From: Cellvibrionaceae bacterium
GTDB lineage: Bacteria; Pseudomonadota; Gammaproteobacteria; Pseudomonadales; Cellvibrionaceae
Assembly: GCA_050633885.1 (NCBI GenBank)
Contig: JBOEHK010000002.1
Location: 853,504-917,503 of the forward strand
Reading direction: 5' to 3'
Length of the DNA stretch: 64,000 nt
Below are positions 9,913 through 19,616 of the stretch, piece by piece. Below the pieces are notes generated by a model, which searched no databases, was not told the origin of the DNA, and saw only the letters and a program-made list of their open reading frames with translations. The position numbers and the translations under genes were made by a program. The stretch's first letter is position 1. Every line of letters begins with the position of its first letter.

Positions 9913-10359
9913 TTATGATTTAGTGAGAGCCGTTCCGTAAGCATACACTTCTACGCTACCGACTTGTTGTTTCTTGCCTTTATAGATTGAGGCCGTTTCT
10001 AATTTGACATTGATGATCGTATCCGCTCCTACGGCTTTAGCTTTTGCTTTCATGCGTAAAATGGCTTCTCTGCGCGCTCGCTCAATAAGTGATTCGTAAG
10101 CACTGACTCTTCCACCCACTAAAGCCCTCAAGCTAGCGGCGATTTTTTTAAAGTAATCTATCGAAATCACAACATTTCCGCAGACGAGTGCAGAGTGGCA
10201 TTTTTCTGTTAAGTCATTTGGATAGCGCTTGGCAAAAGTGAGCACTTCCGATAGCTCGTCTTCTCTTTTTATAATGGAAGAAAAATGTCGCTTCTCAATC
10301 CACCGACCAGAAAGATAACCGATGATTAATAAAATAAGAAAAAAATAAATATTGTACAT
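9913..10359 (-). CDS. YbjQ/UPF0145 family protein with N-terminal TM helix
   Basis: C-terminal 100 aa are alignable by eye with the neighbouring YbjQ paralogue (SAYESLIERARREAILRMKAKAKAVGADTIINVKLETAS...YAYGTA). N-terminal MYNIYFFLILLIIGYL anchor. Confidence 0.7.
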   Translation of the reverse strand: MYNIYFFLILLIIGYLSGRWIEKRHFSSIIKREDELSEVLTFAKRYPNDLTEKCHSALVCGNVVISIDYFKKIAASLRALVGGRVSAYESLIERARREAILRMKAKAKAVGADTIINVKLETASIYKGKKQQVGSVEVYAYGTALTKS

Positions 10360-10416
10360 AACACAATTCTTCGGTTTATAAGAAAATATTTAATTGAGAT
10401 GGTGTTGGCTGAATCA

Positions 10417-10731
10417 TTATTCAAGCACCACAGCCGTTCCATAAGCAAAAAGTTCTGCCGCGCCTGCAGTGATGGATGATGTGGATAACCTGACGTTGAC
10501 GACAGCGTTAGCGCCAATGGCTTCTGCTTGTTGCTCCATTCTAGATAACGCTTCTTCCCGAGCTTCTGTTAACAGTTCAGTATAACCTTTCAGTTCGCCC
10601 CCAAAAATGTTCTTAAAGCCGGCCATTAGATCACGGCCAACATGCTTGGCGCGTACAGTGTTTCCTTGAACCATGCCAAGGTGTTCTTTGATTCGTCGCC
10701 CTGGAATCATTTCGATATTTGTAATTAACAT
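10417..10731 (-). CDS. YbjQ/UPF0145 family protein (soluble)
   Basis: MLITNIEMIPGRRIKEHLGMVQGNTVRAKH..GGELKGYTELLTEAREEALSRMEQQAEAIGANAVVNVRL..FAYGTAVV. Start chosen at MLITN; the track ORF starts at 10758. Confidence 0.75.
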   Translation of the reverse strand: MLITNIEMIPGRRIKEHLGMVQGNTVRAKHVGRDLMAGFKNIFGGELKGYTELLTEAREEALSRMEQQAEAIGANAVVNVRLSTSSITAGAAELFAYGTAVVLE

Positions 10732-11026
10732 AGAAGATTGCCTTGTGTTGATAAACAATAAAACGGTATAAAATGACTTACCTGTGATTATTGGTGTAAT
10801 ACAGTGTTGTGTCTATGAATAAAATGGTATGTGGTAAAGGTATATCTACCGGCTGGCGTTTTCTATCTTAGGGTGATCATAGGTGGAGTGATCTATTTTT
10901 AAACTCGTTAATACTCATTTAGAATTCAAGTGTTGTGAGAAAAATAAAAAAACGGCTCTATATTGGTAAGGAGCACCATAGAGCCGTAAAAGGTTGAATC
11001 AAATATGAGGGTATGAGAGGAAATGT

Positions 11027-11674
11027 TTAAGTGCTAGTTAGCCAGTTATTTTCAAGATTGTTGATAAATTCTTTTTTGATGCTTTTTAAATGGATACTTT
11101 TTTTATCCGTTAGCCATAGTGTCATCATCCCCCGCAGGCTAGCTATTAAAATGGTCGCTTGTTGTTGAGGATCTAAATCAGTTCGAATTTCTTCCTTATT
11201 GATCGCGTGTTCTATATGAAGCGTCAAGTTTTTAATAGCATGTTCGTTCATGTTGGAAATAAAAGGCTGTAATGCTTTGTTGGTCATTCCTTCAGAAATA
11301 ATTAATTGGAAGGCGAGCGTAATATGTGAGTCGTTTGACACACCCCAAAAATATTGGTCAATAACGGCATAAACCATATCAAGTCCATCGCAAATATCTG
11401 TTTTCTCCTTGAGGTTGCTATTGAATCGAGAGGCGATGTGATTGATGACTGAGATGAGAAGTTCGTTTTTTTTCCCAAAATGATGACTCGCTATGCCTCG
11501 GCTATAACCTGCCATTTCTCCTGCAGCTGCCAGCGTAAGCCCACTCAGCCCTTTGTCGGCGATTAATCGAGTGGCGGCTTCTGTAATTTTGCGTTCAGCC
11601 GTTTCTCGCCTTTCGGTTTGGGTGCGTCGAGACTGGGCTGGCTTAATGGATAAGGACGGCATTGATTCTCTCAA
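11027..11674 (-). CDS. TetR/AcrR family transcriptional regulator
   Basis: N-terminal HTH: ITEAATRLIADKGLSGLTLAAAGEMAGYSRGIASHHFGKKNELL. Divergent from the CMD/PQQ/VOC operon. Confidence 0.85.
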   Translation of the reverse strand: MRESMPSLSIKPAQSRRTQTERRETAERKITEAATRLIADKGLSGLTLAAAGEMAGYSRGIASHHFGKKNELLISVINHIASRFNSNLKEKTDICDGLDMVYAVIDQYFWGVSNDSHITLAFQLIISEGMTNKALQPFISNMNEHAIKNLTLHIEHAINKEEIRTDLDPQQQATILIASLRGMMTLWLTDKKSIHLKSIKKEFINNLENNWLTST

Positions 11675-11940
11675 AGATTTCTTAATGACCCCTTACGGGA
11701 TAATGGCGCTAACCCTTTTCATATTGGTTAATGGTCATGATTAGCGGCGGCTAATGGTTGTGGGTCATTGTATTCATAAGATGAATGTAACTTACTGGTT
11801 GACCAACAAGTATGTTATTCAGATAATAGCGTCTTGTCATCATTATTTTGAGTGACAAACCCATAAATATAATAAATGAACATACATTGCTTCAACTGAT
11901 CTCATTACTAATCAATTCGTTGAGCTTTTGGTTCTTCTCT

Positions 11941-11988
11941 TTTTGGTCGTAGTTTTGGTCGCAGTTATGGTCGTAGTTCTGGCCGTAG
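11941..11988. repeat. tandem 12-mer x4 (ttttggtcgtag / ttttggtcgcag / ttatggtcgtag / ttctggccgtag)
   Basis: Read directly. Lies 28 nt upstream of the CMD gene start, in the tetR-divergent promoter region. Confidence 0.9.
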
Positions 11989-12015
11989 CTTTATTATTTA
12001 TTCGACGCTAATGCC

Positions 12016-13395
12016 ATGTCTATTTCACTTTTTAAATCAGGGGTTGTTGTGAACACTACTCATATCAAAAGCACCGTTTCAGTTTTATCAAAACTTATTG
12101 TGGTTATTTTATACTTGAGCGTATTTGCATGTACAAAAAATACCGATGAAAAAGTAACACATACTTCGGATCCGATAAAAATTGAAAATGAAAAGACAAA
12201 TACAGCGGAAGTAACAGAACAGAATTCGTCATTCAATAATCACTTTTCAACGAGATTGAAAGTTCCCAGAATCAAACCACTACCTGTTGAGGGAAGATCA
12301 CCTGAGCAAATTGCTATGCTGGCAGATCGTCCAGATTACAATTTGTATAAAACGCTGGCCCATCATGTTGAATTGTATAATCACTGGACGCCCTTAGGTC
12401 GAGCATTATTAAATGGATCAAAAATACCTGCACGTGATAGAGAAATTATTATGTTGCGAATGGGTTGGCTGTGTCAGGCGGAATATGAATGGTCACAACA
12501 TGCTCGCATTGCAACAGCTGATGATGTGGGAATGACATATGATGAAGTTAAAAACATTGCTGCAAACCCCAATGGAAATATGTGGTCTGACTTTGAAAAA
12601 GCGTTAATGACAATGGTGGATGAATTGCGTTATGACGCGCTGATTAGTCAGAAAACCTGGAATGCATTAGCAACACGGTATGATAACCAACAAATTATGG
12701 ACGCATTATTTACGGCAGCTCAATACCAATTAGTGTCTATGCTACTGAATAGTACCGGCATTCAATTAGACCCTATATTAGAACATCGTTTGCCCACCGA
12801 TATTACCTTGCCTGCGTTGGCAGAAAAAACACATAGCGAACGTTTATCAGCACCAAGATTGGCGCCATTAAAAAATAGTGAGATGAGTGAAGAACAAAAA
12901 ACAATGATAACGCAGCAAACGCGAGAAGATGGTTCTGTTTTAAATCTTTATGCGACATTAATTCATCATCCAAGACTTTATGGTCCGCGCTATACATTCG
13001 GTCGTTATTTGTTACGAAAAACCAGTTTACCGGCCGCTACTCGCGAGTTATTGATTATGCGAACAGCGTGGTTAATTAATTCAGAATACGAATGGGCGCA
13101 TCATGTGTCTTTCGCAAAAGAGGCTGGCCTTAGCGATGAGCAAATAAAGAATATTACGGTAGGCGCAGATTCTCCCGTTTGGAATGAAGAGCAAAAAGCT
13201 GTGATAAGAGCAGCAAATGAATTACGAGAAGAAGCTTTTATTACAGACGCCACGTGGTCAACCTTGTTGAATTATTACGATACAAAGCAAATGGTAGAAA
13301 TATTATTCACTGTTGGTGGATACACGATGACAGGTTTAGCCGTCAATAGTTTTGGTGTTCAAGTGGAAGAGGGTTATCCATCTTTTCCAGAATAA
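12016..13395 (+). CDS. lipoprotein with two carboxymuconolactone decarboxylase (AhpD-like) domains
   Basis: Lipobox LSVFAC. Internal duplication visible: ...REIIMLRMGWLCQAEYEWSQHARIA... and ...RELLIMRTAWLINSEYEWAHHVSFA... Confidence 0.6.
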   Translation: MSISLFKSGVVVNTTHIKSTVSVLSKLIVVILYLSVFACTKNTDEKVTHTSDPIKIENEKTNTAEVTEQNSSFNNHFSTRLKVPRIKPLPVEGRSPEQIAMLADRPDYNLYKTLAHHVELYNHWTPLGRALLNGSKIPARDREIIMLRMGWLCQAEYEWSQHARIATADDVGMTYDEVKNIAANPNGNMWSDFEKALMTMVDELRYDALISQKTWNALATRYDNQQIMDALFTAAQYQLVSMLLNSTGIQLDPILEHRLPTDITLPALAEKTHSERLSAPRLAPLKNSEMSEEQKTMITQQTREDGSVLNLYATLIHHPRLYGPRYTFGRYLLRKTSLPAATRELLIMRTAWLINSEYEWAHHVSFAKEAGLSDEQIKNITVGADSPVWNEEQKAVIRAANELREEAFITDATWSTLLNYYDTKQMVEILFTVGGYTMTGLAVNSFGVQVEEGYPSFPE

Positions 13396-13509
13396 ACCTT
13401 AATGCTAAAACTTGAGTATTTATACATTAACATTGAGAAACTTAAGTGTTCAGAAAACTGCTCATTAAAAATGACCGTGAAAAAGAAACCGTAAAAAAGC
13501 AATCATAAA

Positions 13510-15813
13510 ATGAAAAATTTCACTATGAAAAAAATACATGTTAAAGCAACAGTTTTGGCCGCGACACTTCTATTGTCGGGGTTGCCACTCGCTGGAGCGC
13601 ATGCACAAACCGGCGCTCCAAATGGTGAATGGCATACTTGGGGTGGCGATTTAGGTTTTACTCGTTACGCTGACCTTGATCAGATCAATAAAAAAAATGT
13701 TGAAAAACTATCATTAGCATGGCGTTGGCAGTCATTACCTCACGGCAATCGCCCAGATAATAATTTGAAAGCAACCCCATTAATGATTGATGGTGTTTTG
13801 TATACGCCAACAGGCGTTCATCAGGCCGCAGCGTTAGATCCCGCGACAGGTGAAACGTTATGGGTCTTTTCTCCAGAGCCAGCTGATATCGGTGGACGAA
13901 ATCCCTCTTCGAGCAGTCGCTCTTTAGCGTATTGGACCGATGGAAAAAACAAACGACTTTTTCATAACACATTAGACGGCCGACTTATTTCGATTGATGC
14001 AAAAACGGGTGAAGCGGATCCTGCATTTGGAGAAAGTGGCTATATCATTTTAAAAAATCAACTAACTGATCGCGAAGTTCCTTTTGTGGGTTCTTCTTCT
14101 CCGCCAACAGTGGTGGGGGATGTTGTCGTTGCTCAAGTCGTTACTTATATCACTTCTCCCAACAAAGAAGCTCCACCGGGACATATTCGTGGTTATGATG
14201 TAAGAACGGGTGAGTTGTTGTGGACGTTTCATACTGTTCCGCAAAAAGGCGAATTCGGGAACGATACATGGGAAAAAGAATCGTGGAAGTACACTGGGAA
14301 TACCGGTGTGTGGACCATGATGAGCGCGGATGACGAAACGGGATATATTTACTTGCCGGTAGAAGCACCGTCTCATGATTTTTATGGCGGCCATCGATTG
14401 GGTGATAATTTATTTGCACAAAGTCTTGTGTGTTTGGATGCAAAAACAGGCAAACGTGTTTGGCATTACCAAATGGTTCATCATGGCTTGTGGGATTATG
14501 ATCCGCCGTCCGCACCGATACTGGGTGACATTGTAGTTGAGGGCAAAAAAATTAAAACCGTCACTCAATTAACAAAACAAGGCATGTCATTTGTTTTTAA
14601 TCGTGTCACTGGCGAACCGGTTTGGCCTATTGAAGAAAAGTCAGTACCACAATCTACCGTTCCAGGTGAACGAAGTGCGCCAACCCAGCCTTTTCCTACC
14701 AAGCCAGCACCTTATGTACCTCATGGTTATAGCGAAGAAAATTTAATTGGTTTTACTCCAGAGCTAAGAAAAGAAGCGATTAAAATTGCTGAGCAATATG
14801 TACGAGGCCCAATTTATACGCCGCCAACAAGAATTGATACCACCTCTAAAAATGGTACTCAAGGCACTTGGGTTCAACCCGGTTATGGTGGTGGTTCAAA
14901 CTGGAATGGCGGCGCATTTGATGTTGAAACGGGTTACATGTTTGTTCCTACTCGAAATAACGCGATGATTGCTCGCTTGGCACAAGCAGATCCTTCATTA
15001 ACGGATTGGGATTATATTCGAGCAACAACAATGACGGCTGAAGGACCACAAGGTTTGCCAATCGTTGCTCCACCTTGGAGTAAAGTAACAGCGACCGATA
15101 TGAATAAAGGTGAGCATGTATGGTGGCGAGCCATTGGCAGTGCGCCTGATAGTGTTCGTCATCATCCCGCGCTTAAAGGTTTGGATTTAGATTTTGACAA
15201 CATGGGTTATCCCGGCGTTAGACCAGTACCGCTAGTTACCAAATCATTATTCTTCATGGCGGAGAGCGGCAATTTAAGTGGTGATCCAGGTGGAAAGTTA
15301 TTTCGCGCCTACGATAAAGCAACCGGTAAAACCGTTGCAGAGATAGAGCTTCCCAGTAAAGTGTCTGGTGGGCCAATGACGTATCAGCACAAAGGCAAGC
15401 AATACATCGTGATGGCCATTGCCACACAAGAGCATCCCGCTGAATTAATTGCGTTAGCTTTGCCCGATAAAGGTAAAGAGAAAGAAAAAGGGAAAGCAAA
15501 AAAAGAAGTCCCTTCGCATTCGGCACTTGATTTCATTACACAGGGAACAGATGCGAAAGAGATTACAGCGTCCAAAGAAACACTTGAGCTTGGCCGTAAA
15601 GTGTTTGCAGAAACTTGCTCAATTTGTCACGGTGGGGCGGGTGAAGGTATGGCTGGAGGTGCGCCTGCATTATTCGGGATGACCGATTTAACCAATATAC
15701 TGCGAGCTGTTACACAAGGCGGTGTTGAAATGCCACCGATGAAACAAATGCTCACCGGTGAACAAATTGATGCCGTCAGTAAGTTTGTGGCTGTAGAGCT
15801 TAAAAGAGATTAA
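13510..15813 (+). CDS. soluble PQQ-dependent dehydrogenase with C-terminal cytochrome c domain (quinohemoprotein)
   Basis: Signal peptide ending AGAHA. Beta-propeller region is paralogous by eye to the membrane Gcd in this window (HHGLWDYDPPSAP vs HHDIWDYDVPSQP). A K/E-rich linker precedes CSICHG...MPPM (haem c). Confidence 0.8.
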   Translation: MKNFTMKKIHVKATVLAATLLLSGLPLAGAHAQTGAPNGEWHTWGGDLGFTRYADLDQINKKNVEKLSLAWRWQSLPHGNRPDNNLKATPLMIDGVLYTPTGVHQAAALDPATGETLWVFSPEPADIGGRNPSSSSRSLAYWTDGKNKRLFHNTLDGRLISIDAKTGEADPAFGESGYIILKNQLTDREVPFVGSSSPPTVVGDVVVAQVVTYITSPNKEAPPGHIRGYDVRTGELLWTFHTVPQKGEFGNDTWEKESWKYTGNTGVWTMMSADDETGYIYLPVEAPSHDFYGGHRLGDNLFAQSLVCLDAKTGKRVWHYQMVHHGLWDYDPPSAPILGDIVVEGKKIKTVTQLTKQGMSFVFNRVTGEPVWPIEEKSVPQSTVPGERSAPTQPFPTKPAPYVPHGYSEENLIGFTPELRKEAIKIAEQYVRGPIYTPPTRIDTTSKNGTQGTWVQPGYGGGSNWNGGAFDVETGYMFVPTRNNAMIARLAQADPSLTDWDYIRATTMTAEGPQGLPIVAPPWSKVTATDMNKGEHVWWRAIGSAPDSVRHHPALKGLDLDFDNMGYPGVRPVPLVTKSLFFMAESGNLSGDPGGKLFRAYDKATGKTVAEIELPSKVSGGPMTYQHKGKQYIVMAIATQEHPAELIALALPDKGKEKEKGKAKKEVPSHSALDFITQGTDAKEITASKETLELGRKVFAETCSICHGGAGEGMAGGAPALFGMTDLTNILRAVTQGGVEMPPMKQMLTGEQIDAVSKFVAVELKRD

Positions 15814-15863
15814 TACATCTAGTCGTAGAACAATAAATACAATAAAAAACGGAGAAGAAATGG

Positions 15864-16823
15864 ATGAAAATCTTAATGGTTAAAAGACTTAAAGCAATAA
15901 TGGCAATCGTTACCGTCGCTTTGTGCTCAGTTATATTGATTGGTTGCAGTCAAGAAAATAAAGAAATCACCACTGAAACATTGCAGCAAGACGTTGATAA
16001 GTTGGCCGAAGACATAAAAGGGATGGAGGATAAGCTAGAGGAAACGGCGACGTCTGTAGAAAAGCAAATACCTCAAACTGCCCATGTTATTGGCGCAGCA
16101 AAGTTAATTGTTGACGATCTAGTTGAAACGCAAAAGTTTTACGAAACAATGTTCGGCATGAAAGAAGTGCGTCGATATGATTATGATCTCGATACGTTTG
16201 AAGAAACGATTATGGGTTTTGAGAGTGGCGGAGCTACCTTGGCGCTTTTTGCTCCCAATGACAAGGTAGAGGTGCCTTTAAAAAAACCAGCCGCTCCTTT
16301 AGTGCTTATCTATACGCCTGAATTTGAAGCTGTCACTAAAAGAATTAAAGAGGCTAATTATCCTGTCAGAGTTTTCATGACCAAAGAAACGGGGCCGTTT
16401 AATATTGCTATTGCTCGTGACCCTAGTGGGAACGCTGTAGAAATTTTTGGACGTGATAATAATCAGTACGCCGTGGGTGGTTCGAAATTAATGGTTGATG
16501 ATCGCGTGGCAGCGGAAGAGTTTTATAAAGACATTCTAGACGCAACACCTCGAGATTATTATAAAACATCAACCTATGATGAAGTGATAGTTGTTTATGG
16601 GGATGGACCTTTCCACGCTTTGTATCAGCCGTTGAATGAAGCGCCATTACCTAAAAGTAGGTTCCCACAAACTGCTATCTATACGACTGATTTCGATGGT
16701 GTACTAGCAAAAATAGAAAAAAGAGGTTTGGGTTATCGAGAAGTAAAAACACAAACAGAAGGGCTGAGAATTATCATTGCTAAAGATACCGCTGGTAATG
16801 CGATAGAAATTATTAGTCGGTAG
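15864..16823 (+). CDS. lipoprotein with two VOC (glyoxalase/bleomycin-resistance/dioxygenase) domains
   Basis: Lipobox LIGCSQ. Two repeats of the VOC-like pattern (AKLIVDDLVETQKFYETMFGMKE...GNAVEIF and SKLMVDDRVAAEEFYKDILD...GNAIEII). Confidence 0.65.
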   Translation: MKILMVKRLKAIMAIVTVALCSVILIGCSQENKEITTETLQQDVDKLAEDIKGMEDKLEETATSVEKQIPQTAHVIGAAKLIVDDLVETQKFYETMFGMKEVRRYDYDLDTFEETIMGFESGGATLALFAPNDKVEVPLKKPAAPLVLIYTPEFEAVTKRIKEANYPVRVFMTKETGPFNIAIARDPSGNAVEIFGRDNNQYAVGGSKLMVDDRVAAEEFYKDILDATPRDYYKTSTYDEVIVVYGDGPFHALYQPLNEAPLPKSRFPQTAIYTTDFDGVLAKIEKRGLGYREVKTQTEGLRIIIAKDTAGNAIEIISR

Positions 16824-16876
16824 TTAAGCATACATCAGCTTCACAGTGCTGATTCGTGAAAGTATTTCAAATAAAA

Positions 16877-16911
16877 ACCGCGTATACCTAATGGTATCCG
16901 CGGTTTTTTTT
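16877..16911 (+). terminator. rho-independent terminator of the CMD-PQQ-VOC operon
   Basis: accgcgtatacc-taat-ggtatccgcggt hairpin (one mismatch) followed by T8. Confidence 0.8.
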
Positions 16912-17165
16912 GGTTCCTGTTTTATCAATTGATTATAGGTGACTGATTAGTTTAACCGAGTGTTTATAACTTAAGTTTATCAAAATGTGAAATAGATACT
17001 TAAATTTTATTTTAAGTACTTCAAAGCCATTTAAGTAAGTTTTATAATGTGAAGAAATGTCAGCCGCAATCTATAAAAGTTAGAAATAATATCGATCATT
17101 GTTTTTGGCTTTGATAAATAATAAATATAACAATCGTTCCTTATTGTAGGTTTTAGCAATATTTG

Positions 17166-17203
17166 ATTCGTGAAAGTTCAATTCGTGAAAGTTCAATTCG
17201 ATG
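17166..17203. repeat. tandem 15-mer attcgtgaaagttca x2 plus partial third unit
   Basis: Read directly. Lies about 115 nt upstream of the AraC-family gene. Shares the core attcgtgaaag with the 16-mer at 16846. Confidence 0.9.
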
Positions 17204-17315
17204 TTGATTCTTACCGCTAGCTTTCAAACTCAATAAGATTATCTGTTCTTCATCTAAAAGATTACAAAAACACGGATGTGTTTAATCAATAATAAATATA
17301 ACAAGAGAGGTGTCT

Positions 17316-18410
17316 ATGGATGTCAACTCAAAAATGATTCCTTTGGAATTGCACCCAATGGGATTTGTTGAAGCGTTTACACATTTTGGTGCGGACCTAG
17401 ACCAACTATTAGAAAAAACGCATATTAATCGAAATATGTTGGGCGCTAAAGGCGTAAAAATCTCATATCGACAACAATCTCAGTTAATCTCTAACGGTAT
17501 CTCGTTATGTAATCAGCCTGGTTTAGGATTGCTCGTGGGGCTGTATATGGATTGGAGTTATAACGGTACTGTCGGTTCAGTTGTTCACTGCAGCCCTAGT
17601 TTGAGGGAAGCTGGAGCGGCGATGCGTCGATATATTGTTATCGCCCAACCCTACTATGCAATGTATGTTGGTGAGCCCAATGTCTACATTGACGAAAATC
17701 AACAGCTGGTTAACCCCTTACGTTTTTTTGTGAATGAATCAGAAGACAAGGCTTTGTTTGAATTTGAGCTTGAGTATCGTTTAGCCGTGACATTAAGATT
17801 AATTGATGAATGTGGTAATAAAAATATCGATGATCCTTCAGTTCATCTTTACATTGATAGAAAAAAACCGTTGCATTCACACCTTTATGAAAAACTACCA
17901 GTGACAACAATTTCATTTGATTGTGAGCAAACGGCTATTTCAAGTCACTATTCTTTCTTTACTGAGACATGGCGAGAATTAAGACGCCCTAATTTTGATC
18001 GTCTTATGGCACAGTGTGAACAAGAACTGTCAGCAGCCAATGTAGAAACTTCTTTTTCCGCAAAAGTACGTTGGCATGTAGGTTTGTATTTTAATGAACA
18101 GGTCGGTCTAGAAACGATTGCTGGTTATTTATCAATGACTCCTAGAGCGCTCACACGAAAATTAGCGCTAGAGGGAACGAGCTTTAGAAATATTGTCCAC
18201 GAAGTGAGAATGGAATTGACGGCATTTCATTTACGTTCTTCTACTTTAAGCGTTGACCGAATTTCTGAGATTATGGGATTTTCAAGTCCATCAAGTTTGC
18301 GCAGAGCGGTTAAAAATTGGAGTGGAGAGACGGCAGGGCATCTAAGGTCATCTTCTGGTGGTGTTACTTCATCTGACGGGTTCAGTCAGTCTAGAGCTCC
18401 AATGCACTGA
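17316..18410 (+). CDS. AraC family transcriptional regulator
   Basis: C-terminal double HTH: LETIAGYLSMTPRALTRKLALEGTSFRNIVHEVRMELTAFHL...ISEIMGFSSPSSLRRAVKNWSG. ATG at 17316 lies behind an agagagg RBS; the track starts at GTG 17310. Confidence 0.85.
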   Translation: MDVNSKMIPLELHPMGFVEAFTHFGADLDQLLEKTHINRNMLGAKGVKISYRQQSQLISNGISLCNQPGLGLLVGLYMDWSYNGTVGSVVHCSPSLREAGAAMRRYIVIAQPYYAMYVGEPNVYIDENQQLVNPLRFFVNESEDKALFEFELEYRLAVTLRLIDECGNKNIDDPSVHLYIDRKKPLHSHLYEKLPVTTISFDCEQTAISSHYSFFTETWRELRRPNFDRLMAQCEQELSAANVETSFSAKVRWHVGLYFNEQVGLETIAGYLSMTPRALTRKLALEGTSFRNIVHEVRMELTAFHLRSSTLSVDRISEIMGFSSPSSLRRAVKNWSGETAGHLRSSSGGVTSSDGFSQSRAPMH

Positions 18411-18500
18411 TGACGTTCATCATCTGTGGGAATAGTTTGAATATTGTTTAATGATAAACATTGAAAAATAAAAAGAGACTATAAGAAATACTAAAAGACT

Positions 18501-19616
18501 ATGAAAAATTTAAAAAATATAGGGATCATTGGTTCTATTGCTGCTTTGTGCCTCATTGTTGTAGGGGTCGTCGTAATCCCTAGTGTTATTCAGGAAAAAA
18601 AATTAGCACATATAAAAGAATTCGTCTCTGATAAAAATTCAGAAACCAATAACATTGCGGAAGAGTGGGATTGGAATAAATTTTCGAATAAAGAAATTAA
18701 TACCGCTATTCAGAAGGCGGAAAATCGGGGCAAAGAAAATAAAGAAGAAAGTCATAATGAAGGAGCTTTTGAATTTGATGTGGTCGTTCTCTATTCTGCA
18801 TTAGCGACAGTAGGAATAGATGATAATGGAGAAGTCATTGTCGATAGCAAAGCTTTAGAGGCATTAGAAAATGCGTTTTCGACTCTGCCAGATGAGTTGA
18901 GTGATTCCGAAATGGAGGAGCTTTTACAGTTAATCAAAACAGGTTTGCCGGGAGTAGCGGGAGAACAAACAGCCGAGGTAGTAGATCGTTTTCAGCGATA
19001 TAAAATAGCAGAAAAAGATTTTAACTCGGTTATGCCGGAACCCAAAAATGTTGATGAAGCTTTAGCGCTGTTTGATAGAAAAGTTGCTTTACGTGAATCC
19101 ATTTTGGGTCTAGACGTGGCAGATAAATTATATTCGCAAGAGCAGGCACAATCGCGTCACATGTTGAAATTAATGGCGATTAGCGGCGACAAAACGTTAA
19201 GCAATGAGGAAAAGAAGGCTCAAATAGAAGCGTTTAATGCCGAAAGTGATTTGCTCATTAATAACTATTCGATGAAAAACCCACGTGATGAAGACATGGT
19301 GGAAAATAATGTGGTTATTTTGAGACAGTTGGGGGTCGATGAAACGAAAATATCAGCATATAGAATGGAACATTTAGGGGAAGAGAAAGCGTCTTTATTT
19401 ATTCAAGAAGAAGAAAATAAAAGAAATAAAAATATTATCTGGGCTGAAAGATATGCCAAATTTGTAAAAGAAAAGCAACAAATTATGTCAGCTGAATTAT
19501 CACAGGTAGACAAAAATGCTCAAGTCGAGGCTTTGTTAAGAGAGCATTATGATGCGTCTGAGTTAGAAAAAGCTCGCTTATATGATCAAAGCCAAGGAAA
19601 TGTGACTAAAGGATAG
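18501..19616 (+). CDS. lipase-specific foldase (Lif/lipase chaperone) family protein, TM-anchored
   Basis: N-terminal TM. Collinear by eye with ORF 31308..32432 (ALENAFSTLPDELSDSEMEELLQLIKTGLPGVAGEQTAEVVDRFQRYKIAEKDFN vs ALENGFMSLGPDLSQEAMSELQDLIRIGLPGEAGEQAANILENYYQFRLAEVDFN). Also LG.DVA..L(Y/F)..E.AQ and LS.EEKK motifs. Confidence 0.65.
   Translation: MKNLKNIGIIGSIAALCLIVVGVVVIPSVIQEKKLAHIKEFVSDKNSETNNIAEEWDWNKFSNKEINTAIQKAENRGKENKEESHNEGAFEFDVVVLYSALATVGIDDNGEVIVDSKALEALENAFSTLPDELSDSEMEELLQLIKTGLPGVAGEQTAEVVDRFQRYKIAEKDFNSVMPEPKNVDEALALFDRKVALRESILGLDVADKLYSQEQAQSRHMLKLMAISGDKTLSNEEKKAQIEAFNAESDLLINNYSMKNPRDEDMVENNVVILRQLGVDETKISAYRMEHLGEEKASLFIQEEENKRNKNIIWAERYAKFVKEKQQIMSAELSQVDKNAQVEALLREHYDASELEKARLYDQSQGNVTKG

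Noticed and set aside
13510-15813. Calling the quinohemoprotein lanthanide-dependent or assigning a substrate (alcohol, PVA, lupanine and so on).
   Set aside because: The diagnostic metal-ligand residues cannot be placed reliably without an alignment. The propeller looks closer to the glucose/quinate type than to MxaF/XoxF.
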